Shown here piece by piece: positions 40,831 to 50,937 of a stretch of 64,000 nt of DNA (position 1 is its first letter; the number at the start of each line of letters is the position of its first letter). Source of the stretch: Candidatus Saganbacteria bacterium (GTDB lineage: Bacteria > Margulisbacteria > WOR-1 > XYC2-FULL-46-14 > WPAF01); NCBI GenBank assembly GCA_016223205.1, contig JACRPM010000006.1, positions 60,257 through 124,256 of the forward strand. The letters run 5' to 3'. The notes beneath the pieces were generated by a model. It made no database searches. It was given only the letters and a program-made list of their open reading frames with translations, and was not told the origin of the DNA. A program made the translations under genes and the position numbers.

Positions 40831-41804
40831 AAGAGTTCCTGCGCCGCCTCGGCCACTTTCTGCGGATCGATCGCGTTGAGGCATAAGATCTCGCGGCATT
40901 CGCGATGCGAGCATTTAAGATCGCAAGCCCTAGGAGGGGAGACGATCGCCTTGAACACGGTTTGCCAGGGGAGCCAGCGGTTGGGATTGACGTCTTTGGC
41001 TGTATAGATGGCGACGATCGGGATATTAAAAGCGGCGGCGGCGTGGAGGGGGCCGGAATCCACTCCAATGAAAAGTCCTAATCTTTTTACCGCGGAAAAG
41101 AGTTCCTGCAGGGAAAGTTTATTAACCATATCGATAAAAGGGACTTTAAGTTGGCTTTGCATTGCCTTTAAAGTCCCAATTTCCGCCGCTCCGCCCAACA
41201 AAACCACCGAACGGTCAGTTTTCTTTGCCAGCAGATCGACGATCTCGGCGTAGGTTTCGGGTAAAAGCGCGCGATTGCCCCCGCCGGTGCCGATATGGAT
41301 GCCGATAGCCTTAGCCGGGATAAGTTTCTCCATCTTTTTTTCTGCTACCGGATCGGGATTAAGTTTTAAAGGCGGACGAAGGTTAACAATGCCTGATGGT
41401 TCCAATAGGTTCAGATAAAGTTCCACATGGTGCAGGGAGGGATCGGCGGAATTGAGCCAAACGCCCCAGTTATAGATCCAACCGTATAACAGGCGGCTTT
41501 TGTCCCCGATCCTTTTTGGTATGCCGGCTAGAAGGGTCAGATAAGCCCACTTGGGCGTTGGATTGTCTTCTAGAACCAGCGCCAGGTCGAATCTTTCCGC
41601 TTTTATCTTCTTTAGTAGCGACCAGTAATTTTCGAGGAGAATATAGCCCGCCACCTCGGGATTGTTCTTTACAACTTCTTCCATCCCCGGCCGCATGAGA
41701 AGATATATCCGGGCCTCGGGGAATTTTGTCTTTAAGGCGGAAATCACGGGGGTCAACAATATGGTGTCCCCGATCATCTCCGGCCTAATTATTAATATTT
41801 TCAT
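40827..41804 (-). CDS. Glycosyltransferase family 9
   Basis: RPEMIGD, GVDSGPLHAAAA; start set at ATG 41804. Confidence 0.9.
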   Translation of the reverse strand: MKILIIRPEMIGDTILLTPVISALKTKFPEARIYLLMRPGMEEVVKNNPEVAGYILLENYWSLLKKIKAERFDLALVLEDNPTPKWAYLTLLAGIPKRIGDKSRLLYGWIYNWGVWLNSADPSLHHVELYLNLLEPSGIVNLRPPLKLNPDPVAEKKMEKLIPAKAIGIHIGTGGGNRALLPETYAEIVDLLAKKTDRSVVLLGGAAEIGTLKAMQSQLKVPFIDMVNKLSLQELFSAVKRLGLFIGVDSGPLHAAAAFNIPIVAIYTAKDVNPNRWLPWQTVFKAIVSPPRACDLKCSHRECREILCLNAIDPQKVAEAAQELL

Positions 41805-42882
41805 ATACTTTATAAACCTGATCGGCGGCATACTTCCAATCAAACGACCGCCCGCGCTCCATCCCTTTTTTCTTAAGGTCTTCCCGCAATGATGTGTTGT
41901 TCCTAATTTCCGTGATCCGCTTGGCTAGAGCTTCGGGGTTTTGTTCGGCAAAGACCAAGCCCGCATCTCCAATGACCTTGGGTATCTCCCCCGATGAAGA
42001 ACCTATGACCGGCACGCCGCAAAGCATGGCCTCCACCAAAACGCGCCCGAACTGCTCCTTCCAGGTCTTGGTGGTGCGGGAGGGGAGGACCAGGACATCC
42101 AATGCGGAATAATAGCTGCTTATCTCGTTGGGGGTGACCGCGTCAAGCCAGATCGCTTCCGGAACCTGCGACTGAAGTCGCGGTTTGACCGGCCCATTAC
42201 CCACGAAGAAGAATTGATAAGGGAAATCCAATTGTTTACCGGCAGCGATCAGGTCTTCAATTCCCTTCTCCTGGGTCATTCTGCCGAAATAGCCGATAGT
42301 GAACTCTTTTAGTCCCAATTTGGCCCGCAATTCCCCGGCGTCTTGAGGAGAAAAAAGGCGGGTCTCCACCCCCGGATAGATAACATGGATGGGCTTATTG
42401 TATCCCCAGTGGAGCAAGACCGCTTTTCCCTCATCCGTGCAGGAGATCGCCGCGGAGGACCTTTCGAAAGTTCTCCTCTGGGTCCGGATCCAGTTGGGCC
42501 GGTAATCTTCTACCTGGTTCTGAAAGGTTTGGAAAATAAGCTTGGCGGCAGGGCAGATGATCTTCGACCAAAATGTCAGGTAAGCGGCGATATTGTGCCA
42601 GGGCTCCTCGAAAAGGTGGATGATATCCGGCTTCTCTTTCCAGAGGAAATAGGGAAGGGCGGGAGGAAAACTGGTTAGGTTATCGCCGGAAAGGACGGTC
42701 TTCCCGACTAAAACCTTATACTTCGCGTTTTGCGGGATAAAGGCCTTGAGATAGCGGCTGCCTTCTGTGCTTGCCGGAGGGACCAGCAAAGTAATATCCA
42801 GATCGGGATGCTCCGCCAGCTCGGCGATGTATTTTTGATAGGTCGCCGCCACGGCGGCGTGCCAGATAAAGAGAACTTTCAT
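41785..42882 (-). CDS. Glycosyltransferase family 4
   Basis: GRMTQEKG, LPSRT..WKEQFGRVLVEAM, SSSGEIP. Confidence 0.92.
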   Translation of the reverse strand: MKVLFIWHAAVAATYQKYIAELAEHPDLDITLLVPPASTEGSRYLKAFIPQNAKYKVLVGKTVLSGDNLTSFPPALPYFLWKEKPDIIHLFEEPWHNIAAYLTFWSKIICPAAKLIFQTFQNQVEDYRPNWIRTQRRTFERSSAAISCTDEGKAVLLHWGYNKPIHVIYPGVETRLFSPQDAGELRAKLGLKEFTIGYFGRMTQEKGIEDLIAAGKQLDFPYQFFFVGNGPVKPRLQSQVPEAIWLDAVTPNEISSYYSALDVLVLPSRTTKTWKEQFGRVLVEAMLCGVPVIGSSSGEIPKVIGDAGLVFAEQNPEALAKRITEIRNNTSLREDLKKKGMERGRSFDWKYAADQVYKVYENINN

Positions 42883-43934
42883 GAGAGAAGTTTTACGATA
42901 TCCCGGCTGATCTTGGGGATGGCGCCTGCTTCCCCCATGCGTAGCTTGCCTTCCCGGCTCATGTAATTGTAGCGGCCCTGATCGGTCAATATCTCCCAGG
43001 CCTCGTCCGCGACTTTCTTGGGATCGCGTTCGACCAATGCCAAGGCCCCGTCTAATAATTCCTGCTGCGCCCGGGCAAATCGGCGGTTATACTGCGCGCC
43101 GCGGCCGGGGAAAGCGACGATCGGCTTTCCCAATCCCGCCGCCTGCTCGTTGCCCGTGCCCGACAATCCGATCACGATATCCGAGCCGTAGATCACATCG
43201 GCAAAGGGGCGGACCTCAAAAGGGGTGGGGCCCACTAAAAGTTTGGGCTGTTTAAGCGCGATCAGGAACTTAAAATTACGGTCCAACTGCTGGAGGACCT
43301 TTACGATCCTCTCAAAATCCTCCAGGTTTTTGGGGACATCAGCTTCACGGGTGCCCGGCAAAAAGCCCACCACTCTTTTGACTTCCTGCTCCCGGTAGAG
43401 CAGTCCGGGAATGCCGATCGTGTCCATCAGGGGATTTCCCGCGTATTCGACCTTAAGATGCTCGGCGGTCACCCGGTCGCGGGCGTAAACCTTTACCGCG
43501 GACTTGAGCAGCCATTTTTCCCAGGGCGTGTAGCTGTAACTGAAAGTGTGGTAATAATCGGATTTGTTGACCCCCACAAAGACAAAGGGGCTTTTGATTT
43601 TTTTACACGCCAGCAAGGGGACGAGGTCGCCGATGCCCACCGCCAGGTCGAATTTGCCGCGGTTTTCCTCAAGTATCTTCCATTGTTCCCGCAAGGTCCC
43701 GAACAATCCGGAGTAAAGATCAAGCGGCAGCGTCCAGAGATTGCGGGCCGAAAATCCGCCGCTCGGCATAATTTTGCGCGGGCCGATGACTTTCACCGGC
43801 AGGGAGTCGAAAATCTTCCCGTCGCCCACCAGCGGCAAGACGGTAATATCCAGGGTGTTGGGCAGAAGTTTAAGTATCTCCGCGGCGACCTGGTCTTCGC
43901 CGTGGCCGTTAGGCAGGAATATTATTTTCTTCAT
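42879..43934 (-). CDS. Lipid-A-disaccharide synthase-related protein (TIGR03492-like)
   Basis: NGHGED, LPLVGDG, MPSGGF, GNPLMD, LPGTR, GTGNEQAAGLGKP; known from cyanobacteria. Confidence 0.8.
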   Translation of the reverse strand: MKKIIFLPNGHGEDQVAAEILKLLPNTLDITVLPLVGDGKIFDSLPVKVIGPRKIMPSGGFSARNLWTLPLDLYSGLFGTLREQWKILEENRGKFDLAVGIGDLVPLLACKKIKSPFVFVGVNKSDYYHTFSYSYTPWEKWLLKSAVKVYARDRVTAEHLKVEYAGNPLMDTIGIPGLLYREQEVKRVVGFLPGTREADVPKNLEDFERIVKVLQQLDRNFKFLIALKQPKLLVGPTPFEVRPFADVIYGSDIVIGLSGTGNEQAAGLGKPIVAFPGRGAQYNRRFARAQQELLDGALALVERDPKKVADEAWEILTDQGRYNYMSREGKLRMGEAGAIPKISRDIVKLLS

Positions 43935-45651
43935 CTTTGAATTGCATCTCGTACAGCTTGGCATAGAGCCCGCCCTTTTCTATTAATTCCGAATGTTTTC
44001 CGACCTCCATTATCTTCCCCTTATCGAGGACCACGATACGATCGGCGTGCTGGACGGTAGAAAGCCGGTGGGCGATGATGAGGGTGGTGCGGCCCGCCAT
44101 TAAATTATCCATGGCTTCCTGCACCAGCCGTTCCGATTCGGCATCGAGCGCAGAGGTGGCTTCGTCAAAGATCAAGATGCGCGGATCGGCCAGTATCGCC
44201 CGGGCAATGGCGACGCGCTGTCTTTCTCCTCCGGAGAGGCGGACGCCGCGCTCTCCCACCAGAGTATCGTAACCCTCCGGCAGTCCCATAATGAAATCGT
44301 GGGCGTTGGCGGTCTTAGCGGCAGATTCGATCTCTGCGGTCGTGGCATCAGATCGGGCATAGGCGATGTTCTCCCCGATCGTTCCGGAAAAAAGAATGGT
44401 CTCCTGCGGCACCATGCCGAGCTGGGAACGCAAACTTTGCAGTTTCACATCCTTAAGATCATGGCCGTCGACCAACACCATTCCTTTCTGCGGATCGTAG
44501 AAACGGGGGATGAGATTGACCAGGGAAGATTTCCCCGCGCCCGATCTTCCCACCAGGGCGATTATCTCTCCCGGCTTAATTTCAAGATCGATGTCGGTGA
44601 GCACCGGCGCCTCACCTTTTTCGTAGGAGAAGGTGAGGTTTTTAAACTCCACCTTACCCGATATTTTATTTAATTCCCTGGCGTCCGGTCTTTCTGCTAC
44701 CGAGGGCTTGATGTCGATCACCTCAAAGATGCGCTCGGCCGAGGCCAGGGCGTTCTGGATGACGGTCGAGATGTTGCCCAGCCGCGAGGCGGGATCGGCG
44801 ATCAAGGCGATACCCGCAAAGAAGGCGATGAGGTTCGAAGGGGAGAGGCGGCCCGACACCACTTCAAATCCGCCGTACCAGATGATGGCTACGATGGCCA
44901 GGGCGTTTAAAAATGCCAAAAGCGGCGTTTGGGTCACGGTGATCTGCGACTGCTTTAAGGTGAGCCAGAAGCTCTTCTCCGCTTCCTGGTTGAATTTCTC
45001 TATGACGTTCTTTTCCATGGCAAAGGATTTGACCACCCTTACCCCGGCCAAAGATTCCTGCAGCAGGGAGGCGATGTCCGCCTGTTTCTTTTGCGATTCC
45101 CGCGAGACCTCCCGCATCTCCCGGCCGAAGATCTTGATGACAAAGCTTAAAAGCGGGATCACGATCAGGGTGATGAGGGTCAACCGCCAATTAAGATAAA
45201 AAAGATAGCCCAAAACCCCCAGCAGGGTTATCAAATTGGGAAGGATCTCGGTGATGGCGGAGATGGTCGCGTTCTGCACCACATTGATGTCGTTCATCAC
45301 CCGCGAGATCACTTCGCCGGTGCGCCACTTGGCGAAAAAATCCAAAGACAGGTCTTGCAGGTGGCGGTAAAGCTGTTTGCGCAGGTCCGTCACCAGCCGG
45401 TGGCCGGCATAAGCCATCAAATATCCCTGGCCGTACATGCTCAAGCCCCGTAAAAAGTAGATCGAGACCGCGCCGATCACCACCAGGTTCAGCAGGCCGA
45501 AATCGCGGTTGCCGATCGCTTCCGACAGCTTGCCGATGAGGGGGATAAGCAGGATATTAGCCACAGAGAGGATAAGCATGGAAAGCGCGGCCCAGAAGAT
45601 CTGGATTTTATAGGGCTTCAGGTATTCAAGCAGGCGCAGATAAAGCTTCAT
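43909..45651 (-). CDS. MsbA-like ABC exporter
   Basis: TM domain plus GRSGAGKS, LSGGERQR, DEATSALD, IAHRLST. Confidence 0.92.
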   Translation of the reverse strand: MKLYLRLLEYLKPYKIQIFWAALSMLILSVANILLIPLIGKLSEAIGNRDFGLLNLVVIGAVSIYFLRGLSMYGQGYLMAYAGHRLVTDLRKQLYRHLQDLSLDFFAKWRTGEVISRVMNDINVVQNATISAITEILPNLITLLGVLGYLFYLNWRLTLITLIVIPLLSFVIKIFGREMREVSRESQKKQADIASLLQESLAGVRVVKSFAMEKNVIEKFNQEAEKSFWLTLKQSQITVTQTPLLAFLNALAIVAIIWYGGFEVVSGRLSPSNLIAFFAGIALIADPASRLGNISTVIQNALASAERIFEVIDIKPSVAERPDARELNKISGKVEFKNLTFSYEKGEAPVLTDIDLEIKPGEIIALVGRSGAGKSSLVNLIPRFYDPQKGMVLVDGHDLKDVKLQSLRSQLGMVPQETILFSGTIGENIAYARSDATTAEIESAAKTANAHDFIMGLPEGYDTLVGERGVRLSGGERQRVAIARAILADPRILIFDEATSALDAESERLVQEAMDNLMAGRTTLIIAHRLSTVQHADRIVVLDKGKIMEVGKHSELIEKGGLYAKLYEMQFKDEENNIPA

Positions 45652-46783
45652 TAAGCATAACCTCCGTGATATGGTCCGCCGCTCCGGGAGCTCCCAAAGA
45701 TACCAAAAGTTCCCGGCTCATCCGGTAGAGCCGGTCCGGATCCCTCAACAGCCCCTCAATGAGCTGGGCCACCCGGACGGGCTTTATTCTACCGCGAAAT
45801 TCGGGAATAATCATTCTATCGGCCTTGATGTTGGGCAGGGCGAAAAATTTGGTATTTTTATTTACCGCGTAAGCGACCGCTCTTTTCACTAAACCGCCAA
45901 AAAGGGGAACGATCCCCAGATAATGCAGAAGACCCTCAAGCGGGATGACCTTGGGATCATCGAGCGGAAAGATCATCACCTCCGGCACGCCCAGCAGTGC
46001 CAAATGCGCGGTGTTGGTGCCGGGAATGGTGAGCGCCAGATCGGCCGCAGTGGCGGATTCCAGCGGGGCATAGACATCAAAAAGGTGCCCCCGGGCATGT
46101 TTTTCGATCTCCGTGACCGAGGTGAAGGGGGCCACGATGACCATGGTCTGGAGGTCTTTTATTTTTCCTTTAAGGAGCTTAACTATCTTTTCATAAAGCG
46201 GCAGCATATGCTTGATCTCCCAGTCGCGGCTGCCGGGCATAAGCGCCAGGGTAGGGCGGGCGGGATCGAGGTGCCATTTTTGCCGGGCTTCGGCCTTTTC
46301 CAATCCCTTCACCGAATCCACCATCAGGTCGCCCACGATCTGCAATTTTTCATCCGGAATATCCTGCTTGGCGAACAGATCGTAAGCCACATGGTCGGGA
46401 ATAAAGAATTTTTCATAGAAGCCGACCCAGCCGATGTGACGCCCTGCCAGATAAGCATAGGCGGGGAAGCCCAATTTCTTGGCAATGAGGGTGGCGTGCA
46501 ACAAGTCCCCGCCCAAAAAAAGCACGGCGCCCAAAGCGCCGAATTTAATATCCCGCGGGAGCGTCCCGCCCAGGACCCACTTTTTATATTCTTCCGAAGA
46601 GATCACCTCATTTACCTGCAGGTTCTTTTTGGCAAACTCCACCTCGCGACCCGAAGAATACTGGCAGGGGGTGAGGAATAAGGTTATCCGGCTATCCGGC
46701 GATCGGCTACGGAATTTTTCGGCGATGGGCTTGACCAGGGAGGTGAGCTCGCCGGGACTGTTGGCGACCAGGACGATATCCAA
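45626..46783 (-). CDS. Lipid-A-disaccharide synthase-like (cyanobacterial-type LpxB)
   Basis: NSPGE, FLGGD, VGDLMVD, MPGSR, GTNTA, FALPN; TTG start just after the thrC stop. Confidence 0.75.
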   Translation of the reverse strand: MDIVLVANSPGELTSLVKPIAEKFRSRSPDSRITLFLTPCQYSSGREVEFAKKNLQVNEVISSEEYKKWVLGGTLPRDIKFGALGAVLFLGGDLLHATLIAKKLGFPAYAYLAGRHIGWVGFYEKFFIPDHVAYDLFAKQDIPDEKLQIVGDLMVDSVKGLEKAEARQKWHLDPARPTLALMPGSRDWEIKHMLPLYEKIVKLLKGKIKDLQTMVIVAPFTSVTEIEKHARGHLFDVYAPLESATAADLALTIPGTNTAHLALLGVPEVMIFPLDDPKVIPLEGLLHYLGIVPLFGGLVKRAVAYAVNKNTKFFALPNIKADRMIIPEFRGRIKPVRVAQLIEGLLRDPDRLYRMSRELLVSLGAPGAADHITEVMLNEALSAPA

Positions 46784-46784
46784 A

Positions 46785-47837
46785 CTAATATCCGAGCTCC
46801 CTGACCACCGCTTCGAGCTTACAGGGAAGTTTAACGGTTTTGGTAGTGCAATTTTTAACCGCGGTATCGGGGTCTTTAAGCCCGTGGCCGGTAAGGATGC
46901 AGACAATGAGCGAACCGTCGGCTATTTTGCCTTCTTTAACTCTCTTGAGAAGACCGGCGACGGATGCGGCCGAAGCCGGTTCGCAAAACACTCCGGTTTT
47001 TGAGGCGATCAGGTTATATGCGGCGATTATTTCTTCATCGGTCACGATCGAGATCGAACCGCCCGAATCCGCCGCGGCCGCTTCCGCCTGCTTCCAGCTG
47101 GCGGGATTGCCGATGCGGATGGCAGTAGCGATGGTCTCCGGTTTTTCAACGATATGCCCCAGCACAATGGGAGCGGCGCCCTTGGCCTGGAAGCCGGTCA
47201 TCTTGGGAAGTTTGCTGATCTGTTTGCGGTCGTAATATTCTTTGTAGCCCTTCCAGTAGGCGGTGATATTGCCGGCGTTGCCCACCGGGATCAGGTGATA
47301 ATCCGGCACGGCCTGGAGCTGGTCGCAGATCTCAAAGGCGCCGGTCTTTTGCCCTTCTATCCGATAGGGATTGATGGAGTTTACGATCTCCACCGGATAT
47401 TTTTCGCCCAGTTTCCTTACCAGGTCGAGGGCCTGGTCGAAGTTGCCCGCGACCTCAAAGACCTTGGCGCCGTGCATCAGCGCTTGCGCCAATTTCCCCA
47501 AAGCGATCTTGCCTTCAGGGATAATGACGATGCAATCGAGCCCCGCCTGGGCGGCGTAGGCGGCGGCGGAGGCAGAGGTATTGCCGGTCGAGGCGCAGAT
47601 GACCGCCTTCTTTTTGGCTTCCACCGCTTTACTGATAGCCAGGGTCATGCCGCGGTCCTTAAAGGAGCCGGTCGGGTTGGCGCCCTCAAATTTAAGATAA
47701 ACCTGGCATTTGGTTTCGTCCGACAGGTGCCGGGAAAAGATCAGCGGCGTATTGCCCTCGAAAAAGGTAATGATCGGTGTATTTTCGGTTACGGGGAGAT
47801 ATTTTCGATAGGTTTCGATGACGCCCTTATACATCAT
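46785..47837 (-). CDS. thrC: Threonine synthase
   Basis: NPTGSFKDRG, ASTGNTSAS, PVGNAGN, EPASAAS, TGHGLKD. Confidence 0.96.
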   Translation of the reverse strand: MMYKGVIETYRKYLPVTENTPIITFFEGNTPLIFSRHLSDETKCQVYLKFEGANPTGSFKDRGMTLAISKAVEAKKKAVICASTGNTSASAAAYAAQAGLDCIVIIPEGKIALGKLAQALMHGAKVFEVAGNFDQALDLVRKLGEKYPVEIVNSINPYRIEGQKTGAFEICDQLQAVPDYHLIPVGNAGNITAYWKGYKEYYDRKQISKLPKMTGFQAKGAAPIVLGHIVEKPETIATAIRIGNPASWKQAEAAAADSGGSISIVTDEEIIAAYNLIASKTGVFCEPASAASVAGLLKRVKEGKIADGSLIVCILTGHGLKDPDTAVKNCTTKTVKLPCKLEAVVRELGY

Positions 47838-47865
47838 ATTGTTAGAAATTATATCATGAAAGATG

Positions 47866-47893
47866 TGAAATTAAAATCGGCGTTCATCGATAA
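47866..47893 (+). promoter_or_regulatory. sigma28-like promoter GAAATTAA-N11-ATCGATAA
   Basis: Same spacing as the motif at 3900-3927; 9 nt before the ATG. Confidence 0.4.
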
Positions 47894-47902
47894 AAAGCCG
47901 GT

Positions 47903-49645
47903 ATGACTTCGAGAATCGATAGATTAGAAAACCGTCTGGTCACTGCTACCGCCGGCCGGATCATGGCCGGGGCAGGGGATCGCCTTAAGAAACATGACCT
48001 GTGCCGCCAGACCACCCCACAAAGGTTAGCCGCAACTTCGGCAGAGGTTGAGCGGGCCTTGCGGTTAGCAATCGATAACTATCCTTATCCGGTCAGGGCC
48101 ACCATCAGCAAAGCTTTGTTCAGCAGTTTTTTGGTTTCCGGCATAGTTATAAGATCCCATGCCGACCATATCAAGCAGGTGCGCTCTGCGATCTTCAGGC
48201 GATTCAAGCCGGTGCTGGATGTCTGCTGGAGGATACATAATGGAGAAAAAGTCCCGCCAAGAACGCTACGGCAGGTTCAGGACCACCTCTACGGTTTGAC
48301 CAGTTTGGAAGCCGATCGGATCGGAATAAACAAACGGGTTTTGAGCGAGTTCGACCACTCGTTTTTCAAGGCGCTCGTTGATTCCTTTCCCTGGTTAAAG
48401 TTGGAGCGGGCCGGCTTTGCCGTCAAAGATTGGTCCACCCGCGAGCAGGCCGTGGCCAATATCCGTTTCGGAGTCCTGCGCCACAATCCGGATATCGAAG
48501 AAGAAATACTCAAGTTCGAAGAGGCGAACGGTTCCGGAAATTCGGTCGAGAAATGCAGATATAATGAGATCCGGCAGAGATTGCTTAGGATCGGCAAGCT
48601 CGATCTGGGCACCTACGGATTGGGGGCTTATTACCGGTCCGGCTATTTTGAAGGTCCGGAAGACGCGGTCCGCCGGGCCTTCCCGCTTTTAAAACTGACT
48701 TCCTCGAAAAACTTTCTGGCGGGATTCGATCTCACCGATAAAGACGACCTCAATCTTTTCCTCGGGCTGGCTTTAGAGAGGGCGGGACTGCCGAGCTTGC
48801 TCTCCGTGGAGGTATCATCTCCGAAATTTTTCAGGCCGCTGGATTTGGACGGCGACCGGCTGGCGATGCGCTCGATCCTCAAGAGAGTGAGAGAGGTTTT
48901 CTGCGAGACCTGGGAGGCGGGCAAATGCCTGGCCAAATCCGGCCGCCGGCTGGAACAGAAGGAATTCCGCCGCTGGCTGCAGGAGCTGGTCTTGGACTCT
49001 GATATCCGCGAAAAATTGGTTCTGGAATTTTTATATATCCTGCAAAACCGCCGGGGCAACCCGGAAGATATCATAAAAATGAACAGCAGTTTTATCGCCC
49101 GCTACGGCACCGGGGTGATAAACGATCTTTTCGGAATGGACTTGAGGACCTTTTTAAGAAGGAACGAGCTGTTTAAGGATCAGCTTAGGTCTAAGCCCAA
49201 AAATACCCTGCCGAAAATGCTGGCAATTTCCGATAAAGTCGCGATCATGGAAGGCGAAGTTACCGCGGGCTTGTTTAGACGAATAATGCAGGGATACGAG
49301 ATCACGGGCGATGGGGCGGATGATCTGCGTGCGATGCTTAACGACCCTTCACGGGCCGCCGAACCGTTGACCTATACCAGCTTGATGGACGGCCGGGCGC
49401 TGGCCAGACGCTTTAGCAAGCATACCGGCAGAAGGTTTAGAGTGATGGCCAGGGGGGACTGGGATCTTGCGCTGGACAATAAGGTCAGGCAAAAGATGTC
49501 GGGTTACCATTGGAATTGGGCGGAAGAAGAAAGTTCTCCGGGCAGCGGTTTTTACCAGCTTTATTCTTTGGCGGGCGGCAGCAAGACCAGCCTGCCCGAT
49601 TTTCGTTACCCCGATAGTGCGATCCGACTGGTGGAAGACCTTTAA
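47903..49645 (+). CDS. Orphan protein with helical repeats and a degenerate C-terminal FGE/C-type-lectin-fold domain
   Basis: 'MEGEVTAGLF...PLTYTSLMDG...SKHTGRRFRV...DW...SGYHWNW...IRLVED' echoes FGE-sulfatase motifs. Confidence 0.6.
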   Translation: MTSRIDRLENRLVTATAGRIMAGAGDRLKKHDLCRQTTPQRLAATSAEVERALRLAIDNYPYPVRATISKALFSSFLVSGIVIRSHADHIKQVRSAIFRRFKPVLDVCWRIHNGEKVPPRTLRQVQDHLYGLTSLEADRIGINKRVLSEFDHSFFKALVDSFPWLKLERAGFAVKDWSTREQAVANIRFGVLRHNPDIEEEILKFEEANGSGNSVEKCRYNEIRQRLLRIGKLDLGTYGLGAYYRSGYFEGPEDAVRRAFPLLKLTSSKNFLAGFDLTDKDDLNLFLGLALERAGLPSLLSVEVSSPKFFRPLDLDGDRLAMRSILKRVREVFCETWEAGKCLAKSGRRLEQKEFRRWLQELVLDSDIREKLVLEFLYILQNRRGNPEDIIKMNSSFIARYGTGVINDLFGMDLRTFLRRNELFKDQLRSKPKNTLPKMLAISDKVAIMEGEVTAGLFRRIMQGYEITGDGADDLRAMLNDPSRAAEPLTYTSLMDGRALARRFSKHTGRRFRVMARGDWDLALDNKVRQKMSGYHWNWAEEESSPGSGFYQLYSLAGGSKTSLPDFRYPDSAIRLVEDL

Positions 49646-49658
49646 TGGAGGAGAAATC

Positions 49659-50264
49659 ATGCAGGATATAAGAATAAGTGCCGCGAATCTTGCGAGGATC
49701 AGGGTGGAAGACCGGAACATCTTGATCCTGAACCGCAACCGTCTTAAAAAGGGACAGAGAGTATTAACGCCTTTTGGAGGAGCGATCGAGTTCGAACCGT
49801 CAGCCCGGCCGTTTTTGGCGGGATTGGGCACCGCTTTCGAGAAAGGCGCCGACTTGCGCCTAATTATTCCGCAAGAACGTTTGCCCGTTTTTGAAAGATG
49901 GTTCTATTTAAGGCAGGAAAGAGAAGTTTCCCCTTTTCGCGAATTAATGGAAGAGTTGGTCGAGGAAGAAGCGATCTTACCGCACCTCTCCACCGATCAA
50001 GTAGCCGCCCAGCTTCTCTGGACCGCCAAGCCCCCTCAAGGGCTGACGGATCGGGCCGGATCCGAGGGGGTGCTGACCCAGCGCTACCTCGAGATATTTG
50101 AAGTCACCCTGGTCCCCGGCGTGCACAACCAGATCATCCAAGCTCTGGCGGTCCCCGAGGCAAAACTGATGGCCGTTTCTCAACAGGAAATATTAGCCGG
50201 ACAGACAGCGGATGGCAAAACCGAGATTGGCTCTGTTAGTAGATATCTTCTACAACGAGAATAG
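49659..50264 (+). CDS. SMODS-associated NUDIX-like protein
   Basis: 'IRISAANLARIRV...PFGG...DLR...FERWF...REVSPFRELMEELVEE'; SD GGAGG before ATG 49659. Confidence 0.7.
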   Translation: MQDIRISAANLARIRVEDRNILILNRNRLKKGQRVLTPFGGAIEFEPSARPFLAGLGTAFEKGADLRLIIPQERLPVFERWFYLRQEREVSPFRELMEELVEEEAILPHLSTDQVAAQLLWTAKPPQGLTDRAGSEGVLTQRYLEIFEVTLVPGVHNQIIQALAVPEAKLMAVSQQEILAGQTADGKTEIGSVSRYLLQRE

Positions 50265-50266
50265 TT

Positions 50267-50788
50267 TTACTGCTGACCGCGGTCCTTCAAATAACTGCTA
50301 TATTCTCTCTCTGCCGGTGTAGGGAACATGGAGAGCAGGCCGAAGGCGTTCCAGAAGCTGGGCTGGCGGTCCTTTTTGTCCTTTTCCGCTTTTTCTTTTA
50401 GATAAAGAGCCGCCTGGTTTTCCCGGTCGGTATCGCCGGCCAATTTTAATTTGTCATATTCGTTCTCGTATTCCCGGGAGCCAAAGAAAAGGTCAGCGGT
50501 ACCCCAACCGAAGGTGAGGACGCCCGGCACCCCGGTAATGACGCTTAAAGGGATAAGCCCCATCGCGGCCAAAACGTTGCTTTGTGCGGCTTGCCAGAGC
50601 CCGATACTGGTGCCAATCAGCAGCCCTCCCAAGAACATTTTTCCGCCGGCGCTCATATATCTCCAGCCGGTCTCTTCGTTCGCCATATTCTTTACCCGGT
50701 CGGCGGCGGGGAGGGGCTCGGCGAAGGCGGAAAGTGTGAAGGAAAACACGAACAGGGAAAGCAGAAGAAGCGCGATGTATTTTTTCAT
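50267..50788 (-). CDS. Hypothetical exported/membrane protein
   Basis: Signal peptide, two Gly-rich hydrophobic helices. Confidence 0.7.
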   Translation of the reverse strand: MKKYIALLLLSLFVFSFTLSAFAEPLPAADRVKNMANEETGWRYMSAGGKMFLGGLLIGTSIGLWQAAQSNVLAAMGLIPLSVITGVPGVLTFGWGTADLFFGSREYENEYDKLKLAGDTDRENQAALYLKEKAEKDKKDRQPSFWNAFGLLSMFPTPAEREYSSYLKDRGQQ

Positions 50789-50937
50789 AATGCTCTGATT
50801 ATATATTATTGGGTATTGCGGCGCAATATGTAGCCCTTTTTGTCGTGGGTGTCAATAAACACATCATTTTGGCCTAAAAACCTCCTAAAAACGCCGGCAT
50901 ATAAATTGCTGATATTTAAAATAGGAGGGAATTTTAA

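Noticed and set aside
49200-49645. Diversity-generating retroelement targeting the FGE/C-lectin domain
   Set aside because: No reverse transcriptase and no template/variable repeat pair seen in this window; a distant template cannot be excluded.
49467-50264. CBASS operon around the NUDIX gene, and the longer 265 aa ORF call
   Set aside because: No CD-NTase/SMODS gene nearby; the upstream extension overlaps the previous gene, and the SD supports ATG 49659.
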